Shown here one piece after another: positions 13,679 through 27,781 of a stretch of DNA of 64,000 nt. This DNA is from Chrysomallon squamiferum (taxonomy: Eukaryota; Animalia; Mollusca), in the NCBI GenBank assembly GCA_012295275.1, contig CM022665.1:10292001-10356000 (forward strand), read 5' to 3'. A program made the position numbers and the translations under genes. How positions within the stretch are numbered: position 1 is the stretch's first letter; every line of letters starts with the position of its first letter. Under the pieces are notes generated by a model. It was not told the origin of the DNA. It worked only from the letters and a program-made list of their open reading frames with translations, and made no database searches.

Positions 13679-15090
13679 GCGTGTACACGAGGAACATGAT
13701 AAAGCAGACATATATGTAGATAGGTAGATAGAGATATAGATATATAAATAGACAGATTGATAGATAAACTGATAGACAGACAGATAGATCGACAAATAGA
13801 CCGACAGATAGATACATAGAGAATTAGCGCTAAGATAAAATATTTTACGTGTATTTCCTACATACAGAAAAAATTGATTTTTACTGGACTTTAATATATC
13901 ACTGGTGGAGCACTGACTGTAACGGGATATAGTCGAAGGAATTCGATTTTGAAACACAACCCTGTCCTCCAATTACGTATCAAGTGCTCGCGTGGGCTGG
14001 AAAAAGGGAGGAAAAATAAAAAGCGAAAAAAAAAAATAAAAAAAATAAAAATAAAAAGGACTACTGAGGAGCGATCGTGCATCATCAACCAGATCTAAGA
14101 TCTGTTTCCAGTCAGTTATTAGTTATTAATGAGCGGAAACTATCTTCAACAGAACGCCAGTGTCGGTAATGAAGCAGACGTCGCGGAATACGTTTAAACG
14201 CAGACACGTGGACTATGTAATCAACTGGCCGGTAGTTTACTCATCTGGTGTATTAAATAACTAAAGAGAAGGTCAAGACCTTTCGTCTATCGATATACAT
14301 CAACGCGGCCAGAGTGATACATTTCATTTGTTAAATAACACTGGTCTGTATCCGCTGCGTAGACGAAATACTCTTTCCCCGGTCACAGGTCTGGTTCGCA
14401 TTTCGCAACGAATTATGCCTTTGGCCGTTTCGAAACAGGTAATACGTAGATTACGAAACTTAATTTTCTGCCCGAGTGATCAGAATTATGTAGGAGATAA
14501 AGATGGACATTTTCGAGCAAGGCAAACTTGCCAGAATAATTACAAGAGACATTTTTAGTAAAATTTTAGAGCATTTAATGACAGTTTTAAAAAAAAAAAA
14601 ATAATGAAAAGATGGTTGTGATGATGATGATGATGATGATGATGATAAAGTTGATAAATGAATAAATAAATAATAAGAACAAAAAATAAAGATAACTCTC
14701 GGGCGCGGTCGATTTCAAGTTCAGTTCCCTTCTGTGGGCTGCATCGGCAAATTCCCATATTGGCCAAAAACACATAAACCATCAGCCGTTAATAAGCAGT
14801 AACATAACACTGTTTTAGCAGCAGATTTGTCTCTCTCATCATTAGACAGAACTCGGGAAATGCGATACCTAGTAACAGTTAACATTAAACCGCTCATTTT
14901 TACTTATTCGTTTTTCAGGCTGACAGCTTTTCTAAATCTCTCTAGAGTGTCATCAGATATACGTTACAAGCTAAACATTAACAGCGGCGAATCCAGAACT
15001 TTTCTTCTGTGGAGGGTGGGGCCAGTGTGCGCCGTCCCCACGAGCGGCATATTGAAATAAATAAAGGGGACTTTTGTCTTTTATTATTAC

Positions 15091-15134
<44 letters not shown>

Positions 15135-15136
<2 letters not shown>

Positions 15137-15420
15137 TATTATTATTATTATTATAACAACGACATTCTCAACATATTTTAAAATCTACAGTTATGACGTT
15201 CAGGACCTTACAAAAATTAGAGAGGAAACCCGCTGCCCCGCCACCCATCCTTTCTGGATAAACAGTAAGGCATCTTTTATATAAACATAAAAGAACGTAT
15301 CAAGACTTTTGATGTAAGTTGTAAAGATAACGGGCTATAATACACGAGGCACAGTGGATGTGCTAGGGAGAAGTGACCCGGCAACCCTTCAGCTTTGTGC
15401 TTTATGCTTTAAGCCACAGT
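15135..15420 (-). mobile_element. Near full-length degenerate tRNA-derived core SINE
   Basis: AAATTAGAGAGGAAACCCGCTG at 15214 matches AAATTAGAGGTGAAACCCGCTG at 20944 (20/22), followed in both copies by ...ATCTTTTATA. Resembles, from memory, the Meta/MESC-type core SINEs of molluscs. Confidence 0.65.
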
Positions 15421-15447
15421 AAAAAGTATCTCTACGTTAAATATCCT

Positions 15448-15488
<41 letters not shown>

Positions 15489-16347
15489 AAGAGAAGAACT
15501 AATCTAAGTCTTTATTAGAGACAGAAACATCTCCATTATTTCGCTATCTCAATATTTATACACAGTCAAAAAAAAAAAAAAAAAAAAATTAAAATGCATA
15601 AATTAAAAAAAAAAGCAACAAAAAAAACTTTATCCTCAAAAACCTGTACAGTCTATTTCCAGAGTATTAAACAAGTTTAACCGACACCATGACTTTAATA
15701 TCGATAATAAAATAATAATAATCTGATTTCCCGCTCACACAATAACGTCAGCCTCCATCCCCAATAAAGCCGCATGTTTTACAGTCTAACAGAGAGCCTG
15801 TCTGTGTAAAATGCACGATGGAGATAATAGTAGGTATAAATCTTATCTACGTGATTTTCTGCCAGCGTGAGTTCTCGCGTAGTCTATCACGCACTATTGG
15901 AAGGACACGAGGCGTAGAGAAAAAGTCTATCAGTTAATAAGCGCCTTTGTGGCTAAAGTGTTCTCTATTTGACAGAGTATCAGCCCCATTCTAAAGGTTC
16001 TGGGATCGCATAGCAATACTCGCTGTCACTCGAAACTCAAAGAGACCCATTCGTTAAACTCTCTCTTCTTATTAAAATAAATGTTCTAACACTATATATA
16101 TATATATATTTAATTTGTCTGTATCTACCATCTTTACAGAATAATAGATGCTCATCGACCGTCTTTATGTAATTTAAAAAATATATCAAAGTACATTGAT
16201 GGTTTAACAAAGCAGATTTTCTCTAAAGTAGATCCACACTTATTCTACGTAGTGTACGCCCTTTCATTTAAGAGTGAATCATAATTTCCACCAAACGTAT
16301 TTTAATACACATTTCTATAACTAATTACGTGTCCAATTCGACAAATG

Positions 16348-16389
<42 letters not shown>

Positions 16390-16402
16390 AATAAGGTTGC
16401 CT

Positions 16403-16470
16403 TCGGAGTGTAGGCCAGTGGGTAGGTACCTTACGCTCGAATCTAGTCGACATTATGAGGTTCTCGAATA
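16403..16470 (+). mobile_element. Isolated SINE tRNA-like head remnant
   Basis: CGGAGTGTAGGCCAGTGGGTA is A-box-like, followed by a decayed B-box-like GGTTCTCGAAT; no complete cloverleaf. Confidence 0.35.
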
Positions 16471-16929
16471 TATATATATATATTTAGGCAAACAAACACG
16501 TAAGTATATTCAAACACATTCACACACATAGACACAGTCACGCGAACTAGAACACAGCAGGCACACTGACAGAACACTTAGAAATGCCAAAATGCCAAGT
16601 CAGATTCCAAAGATATACTGCAGTGTTACTTCCAGCTATATTTAGTCCGAGGCTTATTTCAAGGAGTATCCATCAAGACAGAAACATTTATAAGATTTAT
16701 AACTGACTTGTTTGCCATTTAACAGAACCAACACATTAAGTCGAGTCTGTGTATGACAGAAAAACCATTAGTTACTCGGTTCTCATGAAATTCATTTTTC
16801 TAAGATGATAATCAATGGTTCGTATGTTTCAGTTAACGTTTGATAAAATCGAATTTCAAAGGTGAAGTTAAATGAACAGTAGACAATTATCAGTAAATGT
16901 ACTTATTATGTGTTAAATTGTGGGATGTC

Positions 16930-17082
16930 TTATTGTTGTTGTTACTACTACTATTGCTACTGCTGCTGCTACTACTACTTCTGCTGCTACTACTACTGCT
17001 ACTGCTACTATTACTGCTACTACTACTGATACTACTGCTGCAATTACTACTACGACTAATATTGCTACTACTGCTACTATTA
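16930..17082. repeat. (TAC/TGC)n trinucleotide repeat
   Basis: Direct reading. Confidence 0.95.
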
Positions 17083-18322
17083 GGACACCACTATGTCTAG
17101 TACTAATTGTAAGAGCAGCAACGGAACAGCAACATATAACAGTAATAATAAGCTAGTACATTTAGTCTAAACAATTTGTCAAGAGAATGTTTGAAAATAT
17201 GATATACAATGTATGCATCAAACTGAACTTTACAATAAAAGCTGCACAGATGCATGTTACAACATTTCAAATTCATCAAATTAAAATTAGAAGAAAAATA
17301 TTTAAACGAGAAGTTAATAATGGCAGAAACATAAAAAAAAGAAGAAGAAGAGAGAAGAAGAAGAAGAAGAAGAAGAAGAAGAATGAAAAGAAGAAGAAGA
17401 AGAAAGAGACGGACAAGATGGAAGGAACAACAACAACGAAAAACAAAGACTGAAAATTTAAATCCGAAACCGTGAAATTGCCGAGCCCTTCCCAGATGCT
17501 GGTATTTATCTTTTGCAAACTGCAACCTAAACTCTAAACGGAGAAATAAAACAAAGATTGCGTGTGTTTCTGTTTTGAAACATCTTTGCTAAATCTTGAT
17601 AAAATGTTACAAAAAGCTGATTCAAAGATCATATGTAATGAAAACCATAGAAAGGAAAGGCTTATTCAGGACTGGGCCCGTGTTTGTCTAATACAGCCAA
17701 GAAGAGCAACGTATTTGCACAACAGAGCCAAGAACAGAAATGAGTATGTATGTGCTTGCGTGCGTGCATGTGTGTATGATAGCTATGAAAAGCAGTATTT
17801 ATGTATGAAATCCAAGACCAAGAATGTACGCGTGCTTATGTATGCGCGTGCATGTGCATATATTAAAACAAGAAGAGCAATTTATGTGGTTATAACTGAG
17901 CCACGTATAAACGATGTGTATGTTTATAATATATCAAATATACAGAAGGTTTCGTCTCAAAACTAATAAAGCTGGCAACACGATATTCGCCTAACGAATC
18001 GATTATTCTCCAAAGATGACAAACGTGAAAGGCATTTGAAGCGTTTTCACAGATGTACCTCGGTAATTAGGCGATCGTTAAAGCGTTCATAATCAAGAGC
18101 GGCAACTGGGTTTGAGGGATGCGTTCGCAAACGTGCACGAGTAGCACGTGGCTGAAAGATAATAGCAAGCAGCGAAATTTTATCTCCATCATTGGCCAGA
18201 CTTCAAAGATGGTCGAGCTTATGTTTCTGCCTGTGTGCGAGATCAAAAGAAACGTACGAATTAGGTCTGATCCAGAAATGATCACACACAGAGGTGTTAG
18301 CAGCTAGCTTTTGCTTTTCCTT

Positions 18323-18393
<71 letters not shown>

Positions 18394-18494
18394 TGTCAGA
18401 GGTTCTCCGTAATATTATTTTATACATTACTCATATGTCTAAGCTGAAGAACTCTGAAAAAGAAACTGCAAGTTTTTGTTATATGGTCATGAAA

Positions 18495-18536
<42 letters not shown>

Positions 18537-18819
18537 ACATACACACTAATATACATGTATATATTTATATTTACATATACATAATTATGCATCCTCATCT
18601 GTACACACATATACATATATACAATGTACATATGTATGCATACGCACACATATATTATACATGTACAAATGTCTTTTATAAATTAAATGTATTTACCGTT
18701 TGGTCAAATATCTTAAATCATTGTATTTAATATTTTCTATAGTGAGACCGCCCTTTACACTGTTACAAAACATGTACATGGTGGCTGTATTTTGTGAGAC
18801 GACAGTAGAATAAACTTCA

Positions 18820-18890
18820 AAGCAAATCGATTGGTCGTGTATGCGATGACGTCACGAAACGCAAATAGCGCCACTTAAAGGCGTACTCAT
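18820..18890. promoter_or_regulatory. Compact CCAAT + CRE + CTCF-like/Nkx motif module
   Basis: ATTGG at 18830, TGACGTCA at 18847, TAGCGCCACTTAAAGGC at 18866. Confidence 0.3.
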
Positions 18891-19423
18891 TTCTTCTTCT
18901 TCTTCTTTTTTAGTTTTGGTTATACTTTGCTATTAAGAGTGAACGACGAAAACGAACAAACAAACAAACAAGCGAACAACAAAACAGCAACAAATAAACA
19001 AAAAAAAAAAAAAAAAAAGTAAAATAAAATAAAAATAAAAAGAGACAACCATAACCCCTAAAAAGAAACTTTAGAAGTATGCAAGATATATTTAGACTAT
19101 ACTTCATACCAACAAGGATATGTATCTAAAGAAGTCCATTGTTATTTGAAACGTCTATGAAACTGTTTTGGCAAGGGAAACCCCCCAAAAAAAAAAAAAA
19201 AAAAAAAAACAAGGATTTTATCAATCACATTATATTAAAATGTTTAGTAATATGTAAGTATTTTTCATACTTTAAAATTATTTCACTGGTTCCAAATGAA
19301 TGATTGTTTCCCTTCACCGGATTCAGACTAAGTTACGAAAAAAAACCCACCAATATTTTTCCATCATATGTATCTGTATGTATGTATGTATGTATGTGTG
19401 AGTGTGTGTGTGTGTGCGTGTGC

Positions 19424-19463
<40 letters not shown>

Positions 19464-19499
19464 TGTTGTTGTTGCTGTTGTCATTCCAGTCACATTACA

Positions 19500-19980
19500 G
19501 TTTTCTTATAACCGTCATTAATTTGTTGCTAGTCGCACGAACGGTGGCGAATTTCTGCTACAACCTGCACGGCGTCACATAATCCGCCATTAATCAATCC
19601 CGTGGTGCCCCGCGCTACGTTTTGGCGGCAATCAGACCAATCAGTTTCTGTTTCCATTATCAGGGTAAGTTGATGCCGAAAGATTAAAATCAAATGTCAA
19701 TATAGGATTTCAAGGCTGTTTATCTCAATACTATTTTCGCGATGACAGAGTGCGCCAACTATGAAAGATTAATAAAAGATTGGCAACTTCAGAGCGAATG
19801 AATCAACATAAATCGCCACGTTGGTAATTCTGGAATGACAGATATAAGACCATCCTGGGCGACTGTTTATTGAACTTAGCGCCAGGGGTCAAGGTAAAGA
19901 AGGGTAATGAAAGTAAAACGGGATTCGTAAATTGCACTGGGTTTTATAATCTTACAAGATAATCTCATTAAGTTCTGCTG
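19500..19980. promoter_or_regulatory. CpG-rich island with TAATCC, Pbx/Hox-like, E2F-like and CCAAT motifs
   Basis: TAATCC at 19580, ATTAATCA at ~19589, TTTGGCGG at 19621, CCAATCAG at 19637, donor-like GG/GTAAGT at 19665. Confidence 0.4.
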
Positions 19981-20107
19981 TAATTAAAATTTAAAATAAC
20001 AGTTTACATATAATGCATTTTTTTTTTTAAATTATTATTATTACATTGATACATAGTAAAAAAAAAAAAAAAAAAAATAAATAAAAAAAAAAAAATAAAT
20101 AAAAATA

Positions 20108-20160
<53 letters not shown>

Positions 20161-20386
20161 TAATAACAATAATTTAATTAAGAAATGTTTATAATTCTTT
20201 TAGAAGCAATTCTGACAAAAATCGTCAAAAAAATCAGATTTTCTATCATTTTTCTTTTTAAATTATAATTTAGCAGGAATATATTGCGGTACTTTGCAAG
20301 CATGAGTGTACGTATGTGTTTACGTATATGTGTGTGTATATGTATGTATATGAATGTCTTTGTGTGTGTGTACGTACGTATGTATG

Positions 20387-20453
<67 letters not shown>

Positions 20454-20849
20454 GTGTATGTATGTATGTATGTATATCTATATATGTACGTAAGTGAGTT
20501 TGTGCATGTATTTCGGATGGAATTTGATAAGCTACCCAAAATAATTTCAGATGCACTATGATAAATGCGTATATTATACGTTTAGTATATCGTTCTGGTA
20601 AAACACACGCACTCGAAGTCAGAATGACAAATCACATGTATGAGTGTTTATTATAAATGATCTTGTCATTTAAATTGACTCTTTACGATTTCTCTCTTGC
20701 TGTGTGGGAATTTATCACACTGTAACCTTTACCTTAAAGTTTACATTGTCAGATATCATATCTCTTGAAAAAAAGAAACATAAATAAAAATAAAATAAAG
20801 ATAAGAAAGTAAGAATGAGTGAGTGAGTGAAATGATGGATGAACGGATG

Positions 20850-21160
20850 AATGAATACCTAGCATCACCTTAACTTTTTTTTCTTCTTTAATTTCAAATA
20901 TTAACAGTTAATTGGTGTTGAACATTTCTAGTTTTGTAGAGTCAAATTAGAGGTGAAACCCGCTGTAGTCTCTGTAGAGTTACCCTTACCGATTAGCAAC
21001 CTTGAATCTTTTATACACACCTTCCAACTGACAGGGGGAAAAAAAAGAAAGAAAAAAAAAGAAAAGATATTGCTACGAAGTCGAGCCGAGGATATTTGAT
21101 CCTGCGATTTGTCACTCTTCAGGTCTGTCTCATAACAGCTGATATACAGATCCTCACTAA
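20850..21160 (-). mobile_element. Near full-length degenerate tRNA-derived core SINE
   Basis: GAGGTGAAACCCGCTG...GATTAGCAACCTTGAATCTTTTATACACACCTTCCAACTGACAGG, collinear with the copies at 15135, 32330 and 45545. Confidence 0.65.
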
Positions 21161-22639
21161 TAAAAAAAGATAAGATAGTTTTACATAATGTATGTGAAGT
21201 GTACAGTAGTTTAATACCATATCGCGTGTCATCATTTAAAACTTGAAATACGACACGATACATCACGTTTCTAAATCATGTGTACTATTATTTTTAAACT
21301 GAATAAATCTTGCTCTTTGTTCATTTGATTTCTATTTATTTAATGTCTTTGGGTTTGTTATTTTATTTATCATTATTATTGTTTAAATTTAGATTGTTGT
21401 TTACATAACTTTCAGTTTCATTTGACCTATTTCATATATATGTATGTATGTACTTACGTACGTACGTACGTACGTATGTGTGTGTATGTATGTATGTATG
21501 TATGTATGTATGTATTATGTATATGTGTGTTTGTATGTATGTATGTATGTATGTATGTACGTAGTCTCTATGTGTGTGTGTATTCTCTGTTGTATGATAA
21601 AACATGCGCGTGTATTTTTTAAATTAGTATTTACAGACACAAACACGCTTATGCGTATGCTTGAACAATATTTATATTTCATTTACTTCTACTCTCTCTC
21701 GGAACCCGCTGATCTTTTCATCGATATTTCTATCAGTTATTCAAAACGAGTTTGCTAATTCAGATCATTATTTCGCTATTAACATCAACACTGGCATCAT
21801 GGCTAATCCGTGTCGTGTTTGTTTTCCCTTTGAACCGATCACCAGTGACACAAACAACAGAAAAACAATGTGTTATCTCCGTCTGCAATACTTGCATTTT
21901 CTTGTCGATTATTTTAAAAGGGCAGTGATGGGTTTTGCTTGTCATTTATTTGATGCCCACTTGTAACAAACACATAATAAGGAAAACGGAGATTAGAAAA
22001 AGGAGAGAGGAATAATTAAAATGAAGAAAAAAAAAAAAAAAAAAAACAACGTATTTAACTTGTTTGTGGTTTGTGTATGTAAATATAATGATTTGCTATA
22101 GGGAAACAAAAAGTATTGAAAATAACAATGACAGATAAGGCTATGAAAAAAAATCAACAATAAAAAATACGTATGTACATACATAAATACAAATATACAT
22201 ATATATATATATATATCTAAATATTTTAGTACGTATGCATACATACATACATAATTATTCACATATGTATGTATATACAAACATTTGTACATCCATCCAT
22301 CCATCCATCGATACACACACACATACACACACATATACACCTATAGACACACATATATCAAAAAGGGTTCGAATGTGTGAAATAAAGACGAATGGGTAAA
22401 CACAATAAACAATCAGCCATACTCTGTTACAAAAAATAAAAAATAAAAAATTATTATAAAAAAATGTATGTGCTCTTTATAAATGTAATATATATAGTCA
22501 CAGAAATAGAAGTATACGTAGAGACTGTACCTGACTGTTTTTGTTATATATTTGGACCATATGTATTCTGTTTCTTTCTGTTTGTATCCATAGTGTGTAT
22601 ATGTCTGCGGTTTTGTGTTTCGTTTATGTTTTTATGTAA

Positions 22640-22810
22640 CTGTATCTATATCACTCTCTTTCTGTCTTTCAGTGTGTCTGTCTCTTTCTTTCTCTCTCTG
22701 TCTATTTCTCTGTCTCCGTCTCTCTCTGTTCGTTTCTCTCTTTTTCTTTCTCTTTGCACGTGTGTGTACATGTTTGTATGTATGTATTTGTTTGTGAGTG
22801 TGCATATGTA

Positions 22811-22897
<87 letters not shown>
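22640..22897. repeat. CT-rich tract and long (CT)n microsatellite
   Basis: Direct reading; pure (CT)n from ~22815. Confidence 0.97.
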
Positions 22898-22901
<4 letters not shown>

Positions 22902-23324
22902 GCAGACACACAAATTATCATTTTAAAGCCAGACATTTAAAAAGCTAACGAGTGCAGTTGTAAGAAATAAAACACAGCTGCTAAGTGGCAGTTCTCTCTC
23001 TCTAAACTTCTCTCTACACGTTTTCGCGGCATTTTACTCGCTCGGACACGACCATTGCATGCTGGTGGATATTGCCGCGTTTTCGTTGCAGATCGGTTCT
23101 TGCTCTCCGGTTATTATCGATTCTAAATCTATTCTGCCATAAATAAAACGTTACACACCGATTTGTGTATTATGCAAACACTCGTCGTTTAGATCGTAAT
23201 GCACTCACACAGGCATCAGTTGTAATCAATTCAAATCTCCGCTCTGGGAAGTGGCGTACAGGGAAATCGAGATACGGTTCTAAGCCTGTAATTTATATTT
23301 TCCCTCACTGTTACATATTTTATC

Positions 23325-23367
<43 letters not shown>

Positions 23368-24115
23368 TTGTTGGATTGATTGATTTATATTTATTTGTTT
23401 ATTTATTTATGGCAAAATAACAGTACATTATATGGAACAGACAATAATAAAACATTTTATCTTAGTTCTAAATTTTTAATATTTTTTTCTTCAAAAACAA
23501 CTACGTGAAATAACAATATTTTTATGAAACAGTCAATACTGAAACATCTTTTCCCTTTGATAAATTATTATTATTATTATTGTTATTGTTATTGCCTTTA
23601 TTATTATTATTATCATCGGTGTTGTTGTTGTTGTTGTTGTTGTTGTTGTCGTCGTTGTTACTGTTATTTTTAAAACATCATAACTCTATATTTACCAAAC
23701 ACAAAATACATACACCTCTGGCAAAGTATGAACAAAATGCAACAATTCATCAGATTAATTATTTAGAACCATTTACATATGTTTTGTTACAAGACCTTTC
23801 AGAAATTCAGACGAGCATCAAAGTTTTTACAGAGTACTACATTAATGCAAATGTTCCTAAATGGATTCCACTGAACCAGCTCGTCTATCAGGTGCGGTTC
23901 CATGATTTCAGGAAAGGAGAGGGCGCCATCTTTGTTTCGGATATGATATTTATTAGTAAAATATAATACAGCCTGGTGAAGCCATGTAACCCCCCACTCC
24001 AACCCCAGCACATTTTAAATGGACCGCAGAGTGAAAAATGTCTACCTGCACGTATTGTGTTCTAGACTGGCTGGGGAACCCGGAATCCGAGAAGAGCTCC
24101 AGAAAAGCCCTTGCC

Positions 24116-24153
<38 letters not shown>

Positions 24154-24799
24154 GTTGAGAATGGCTGATCGAAGCTGATGTGTTTTCTAATGTATTTATA
24201 TACAATACTTTTCTGGCTGTTCGTAAAAGCTGAATATATAATCTGCTGTTACAGTTAGGCGGACATCTGCACTTTACGTAATAAATAACAGTCACATTAC
24301 AGAAGAGTAAATACTGAACACTTTTTTTTACATCTACACAAACAAATGAGTTAATATTCATTTTAAAATCGAAATATCCATGCAAAACTCATACACATCG
24401 CTTCTTTATTTTTTTTCATTATTATTACTTCTTTTTTTTTCTTCTTTTTTTCTGAATTTTTGTTTTGTTTTTGTGTTCATTGCTATGTGTTAAGGTTTGG
24501 ATAGCTTCATGTTTGTATGTTTTCTGGAATGTCCGAACTGTAAGCAAACTCACAAAATAATTATTGTTTACACAACTGTAAATAAAATCGTGTGTTTCTA
24601 CAATGAGTGTTTTGTCTAAATTTGCATAACTGTGTAAACCATTTTCTACAAATTATTTGGATCTGGTTAGAAAAATAAAACAAAGAAAGAAAAGAAAAAA
24701 GAAACGCTAGATTTATGTTCGATATCTGGTTTCTTTTTTTCTTTTTTTTATGCGTAACCAGCAATATCGATATATCGACAGAGCTATATACACTTTTCA

Positions 24800-24925
24800 A
24801 TCCAGCTATTTCCCGATCTAGCCAGTGGCTCCCTGTTTGCGAGAATATGCTTGTAAAAGATCCCTTGCACTTAAATTAAACGAGTAGCTCGCTGTGTGAC
24901 GTCACCTTGTTTCATTTTTCATTAT
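24800..24925 (+). mobile_element. SINE core fragment, forward orientation
   Basis: GCTATTTCCCGATCTAGCCAGTG...GTAAAAGATCCCTTGCACTTAAATTAAACGAGTAGCTC is the reverse complement of the core seen at 20990-21020 and 32450-32480. Confidence 0.55.
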
Positions 24926-25059
24926 GATGAGTGCTGTACATTTCCTTTTTTGTAGCAGATAAAATACATATTAAAAATATATATGAGAAAATATTCCTTC
25001 CTTTCTTCATTCCGTGTCTTCGGGATATATTAGGTACTGTATACGGAACTGTGGCCAAA

Positions 25060-25250
25060 TGGTTAGAAATACTGGAAGAAAAAGAGTAACCCTTAGTATG
25101 GCAAGTTTCTTTATTGATAGAAACAAACATCAACAACAACAACAACAAAAGCCCAGGCAGCAAGCTTCATTTTTCTCCTTAACTACAACACGATGACGTC
25201 ATACATACCAAAACCAAAATGCGTTTTTAAATAAAAACATTTCATCCTTT
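25060..25250 (+). mobile_element. SINE 3' half fragment
   Basis: GAAAAAGAGTAACCC...GGCAGCAAGCTTCATT...TGACGTCATACATACCAAAACCAAAATGCGTTTTTAAATAAAAACATTTCATCC. Confidence 0.4.
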
Positions 25251-25294
25251 TTTTTTTTTCTTTTTTTTTTAACTCTTCTTTTTTACTCATTTAG

Positions 25295-25650
25295 AGCTAG
25301 CTGCCAATGGAAAAACAGCAACCGATAACCCAACCTTTTCCCGCCGCCAGCACGTGCTTGCTGGATGACTGTGGGCTCTGAATTAAGCGGTGTTTGGCGG
25401 GAGAGTGACTCGTGTTCAAACGTGATCCAGTCTGAACGACAGCGTGCCAGCAAATTATTGCCTGATGAGGTCCATTTGTAAAGCAGTGTACAAAGGTATA
25501 ATTAATATTCTGTGTTAGCTAGCGGCACGTACGCACATTAATCGGCAATTTGGCCCAAGCGAGCGGTTTTCGTTGTATCACATGGTAACGTCACAACACG
25601 AGAGAAACAGAGATCTGGTTATCGCAGTGCTTCATCTGTGTCATACACCA
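25295..25650. promoter_or_regulatory. CpG-rich candidate enhancer with paired E2F-like sites and CACGTG
   Basis: TTTCCCGCC at 25337, GCACGTGC at ~25350, TTTGGCGGGA at 25393. Confidence 0.4.
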
Positions 25651-25784
25651 GCTTTTATTTTTATTGTTTTGTTTTGATTTCGTTTTGTTTTTACTATTAT
25701 GTTATGTTGTTGTTGTTGTTTTTTTGTTGTTTTTTTGTGGTTTTTTGGGGGGGTTATTTTATGTAATATTAATTTGTGTAGTTC

Positions 25785-25963
25785 TATGTTTTGCTATATT
25801 ATGTTACGTTACGTTACATTACATTACATTATATTTTATTATAATTATTACTTTACATTACATTAAATTACTTTATTTTACGTCACGTCACGTTACGTTA
25901 TAGTATATTACACTACGTTGTATTATATTGCATTGCATTATATATTTGTGTGCATGTATATAA

Positions 25964-26009
<46 letters not shown>
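25785..26009. repeat. Degenerate pentanucleotide repeat (TTACG/TTACA/ATTGC) followed by (TG)n
   Basis: GTTACGTTACGTTACATTACATTAC...CGTCACGTCACGTTAC; (TG)n at ~25967-26009. Confidence 0.85.
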
Positions 26010-26013
<4 letters not shown>

Positions 26014-27747
26014 CATTACATGGATTATTTAAATGAAAACTTACTATTTTTAAAAATGCATCGCTGATGAATGAATATAGATTAATTGATTAATAAATAA
26101 ATTATGTATGTATCGCGTCACTGTAGAACCAACAGCAACTGAAAATAGCTCAGATTTGTAGATAAAACCAAAGTTTAAATATTTAATTAATTATAGCACA
26201 GGGAAGTTCTCAGTCAAGATAAAACATTTTGTATTTAAAAAAAAAAAAAAAAAATGTTTTTTTTTTTTTTTTTCTTGTTAAATAAAATCAGTTAATTAAT
26301 GAACTCATTAATATTATTAACTTTATTAATATCTGTCATTATATCTGCCTTAAAAATTTAATAAGTTAATTAACGTTAAAATCTGGCACCTCATTTTAAA
26401 AAATAAAATACTTTGATAGATTAATAATAATAAACCTGTGATAAACTGATTTTTCTTTACAAAACCATTTTAAAAATAAATTACATAATTATATTGATTA
26501 CCAATGGAAAACATGTCAGTGAAATCTTCCTGAATATTGTAGACGTAATCAAAACTTGACAATTATTAATATTAATTAGAATACATTGGCTAGTATATCA
26601 TTCAAATATACTTGATTAATTTCGAAGAATTTATTAGAAAATATACTAATATAGCTAAACCATTGTAATAAAATATTAAAAAATAATTCACTACAAAAAG
26701 ATGAATATATTTAAAATTTAATACACATCGATTAATTATTATGTTACTAAAACAGCTGCTACTGATTACAGAATGAAATTCTTTTAAAAATAAATTATAC
26801 ATTAAAATTAATTAAACAAAGTAAGTAAAAAAACCAAACAACTTCCGATCAATTTGTTTAAAATTTTAAATAAAAGTTGGTATAACTGATATAACACACA
26901 CACATAAAATTTAAAATTTCTGTGGACGATATATATGTACACACATACATACATACATACATACACACATACATACATATATATATATATATACATACAC
27001 ACATATACACACATACATACATATACACAGACACACACACAAACACACAATATCCACATATTTCTAATTACACTACTCATTGAATTCCTGTGACAAACTT
27101 GCCAGTCATTCTGAGAGAATATTTGAAATAACTGTCAACTATTCTGACGAATCTTCATCTCGGTCGCTCTCCGTTTACGTTCATTAATAACACACACGTC
27201 AAACAAACACATACAAATAATGATGATTAAAACATACAAGTTATGATGAACCTGTCAGTCGAGTCTCGTGTGAATTGAAATCCAACTGTTGGCATAATTA
27301 AGATTTCGTTTGCACCATGACACACACATCAAATATGTGTAATTAATGAAATCTCGGCGTATATTGCATATTTCGCATTCAGTTCCCGACATTGCCCTGT
27401 GACCTCTTAACATTAGTGTGTCACGTAATAATTATTTGGCGTAACGCAGAGCTATAAAATAATTTTCTGTTTGAAATACGAGTTTGTGTATATGTGTCTG
27501 TATATAATATATGGATATATTGTTTTGTATGTGTGTCTATATGTATATATATATATGTGTGTGTGTGTGTTTTTGTGTGTATACTTGTGTGTGTATCTAT
27601 GTATGTATGTATGCATGTATGCATTTATGTATGTATGTATGTATGTATGTATGTATATGCATATATGTGGTTGTACTGTTGATTGTGTGTGTGTATGAAT
27701 GTATACATGCATAATTAAATATATATTCATACATATATACATACATG

Positions 27748-27781
<34 letters not shown>

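Noticed and set aside
14089-14115. miR-750-like CCAGATCTAA...TTCCAG
   Set aside because: Only the first 10 nt match as I recall the mature sequence, the rest needs gaps, and there is no complementary 5' arm upstream
16225-16250. miR-279-like TAGATCCACACT
   Set aside because: The seed end (TGAC) is absent and no pairing arm forms a pre-miRNA hairpin
16403-16470. tRNA gene
   Set aside because: A-box-like start only; no acceptor, anticodon or T stems; better explained as a SINE head
17690-17950. 134-aa ORF 17562-17966 / weak ~86-bp tandem repeat
   Set aside because: AAGAAGAGCAA recurs 171 bp apart around GT-rich low-complexity blocks; a decayed local duplication with no recognisable protein
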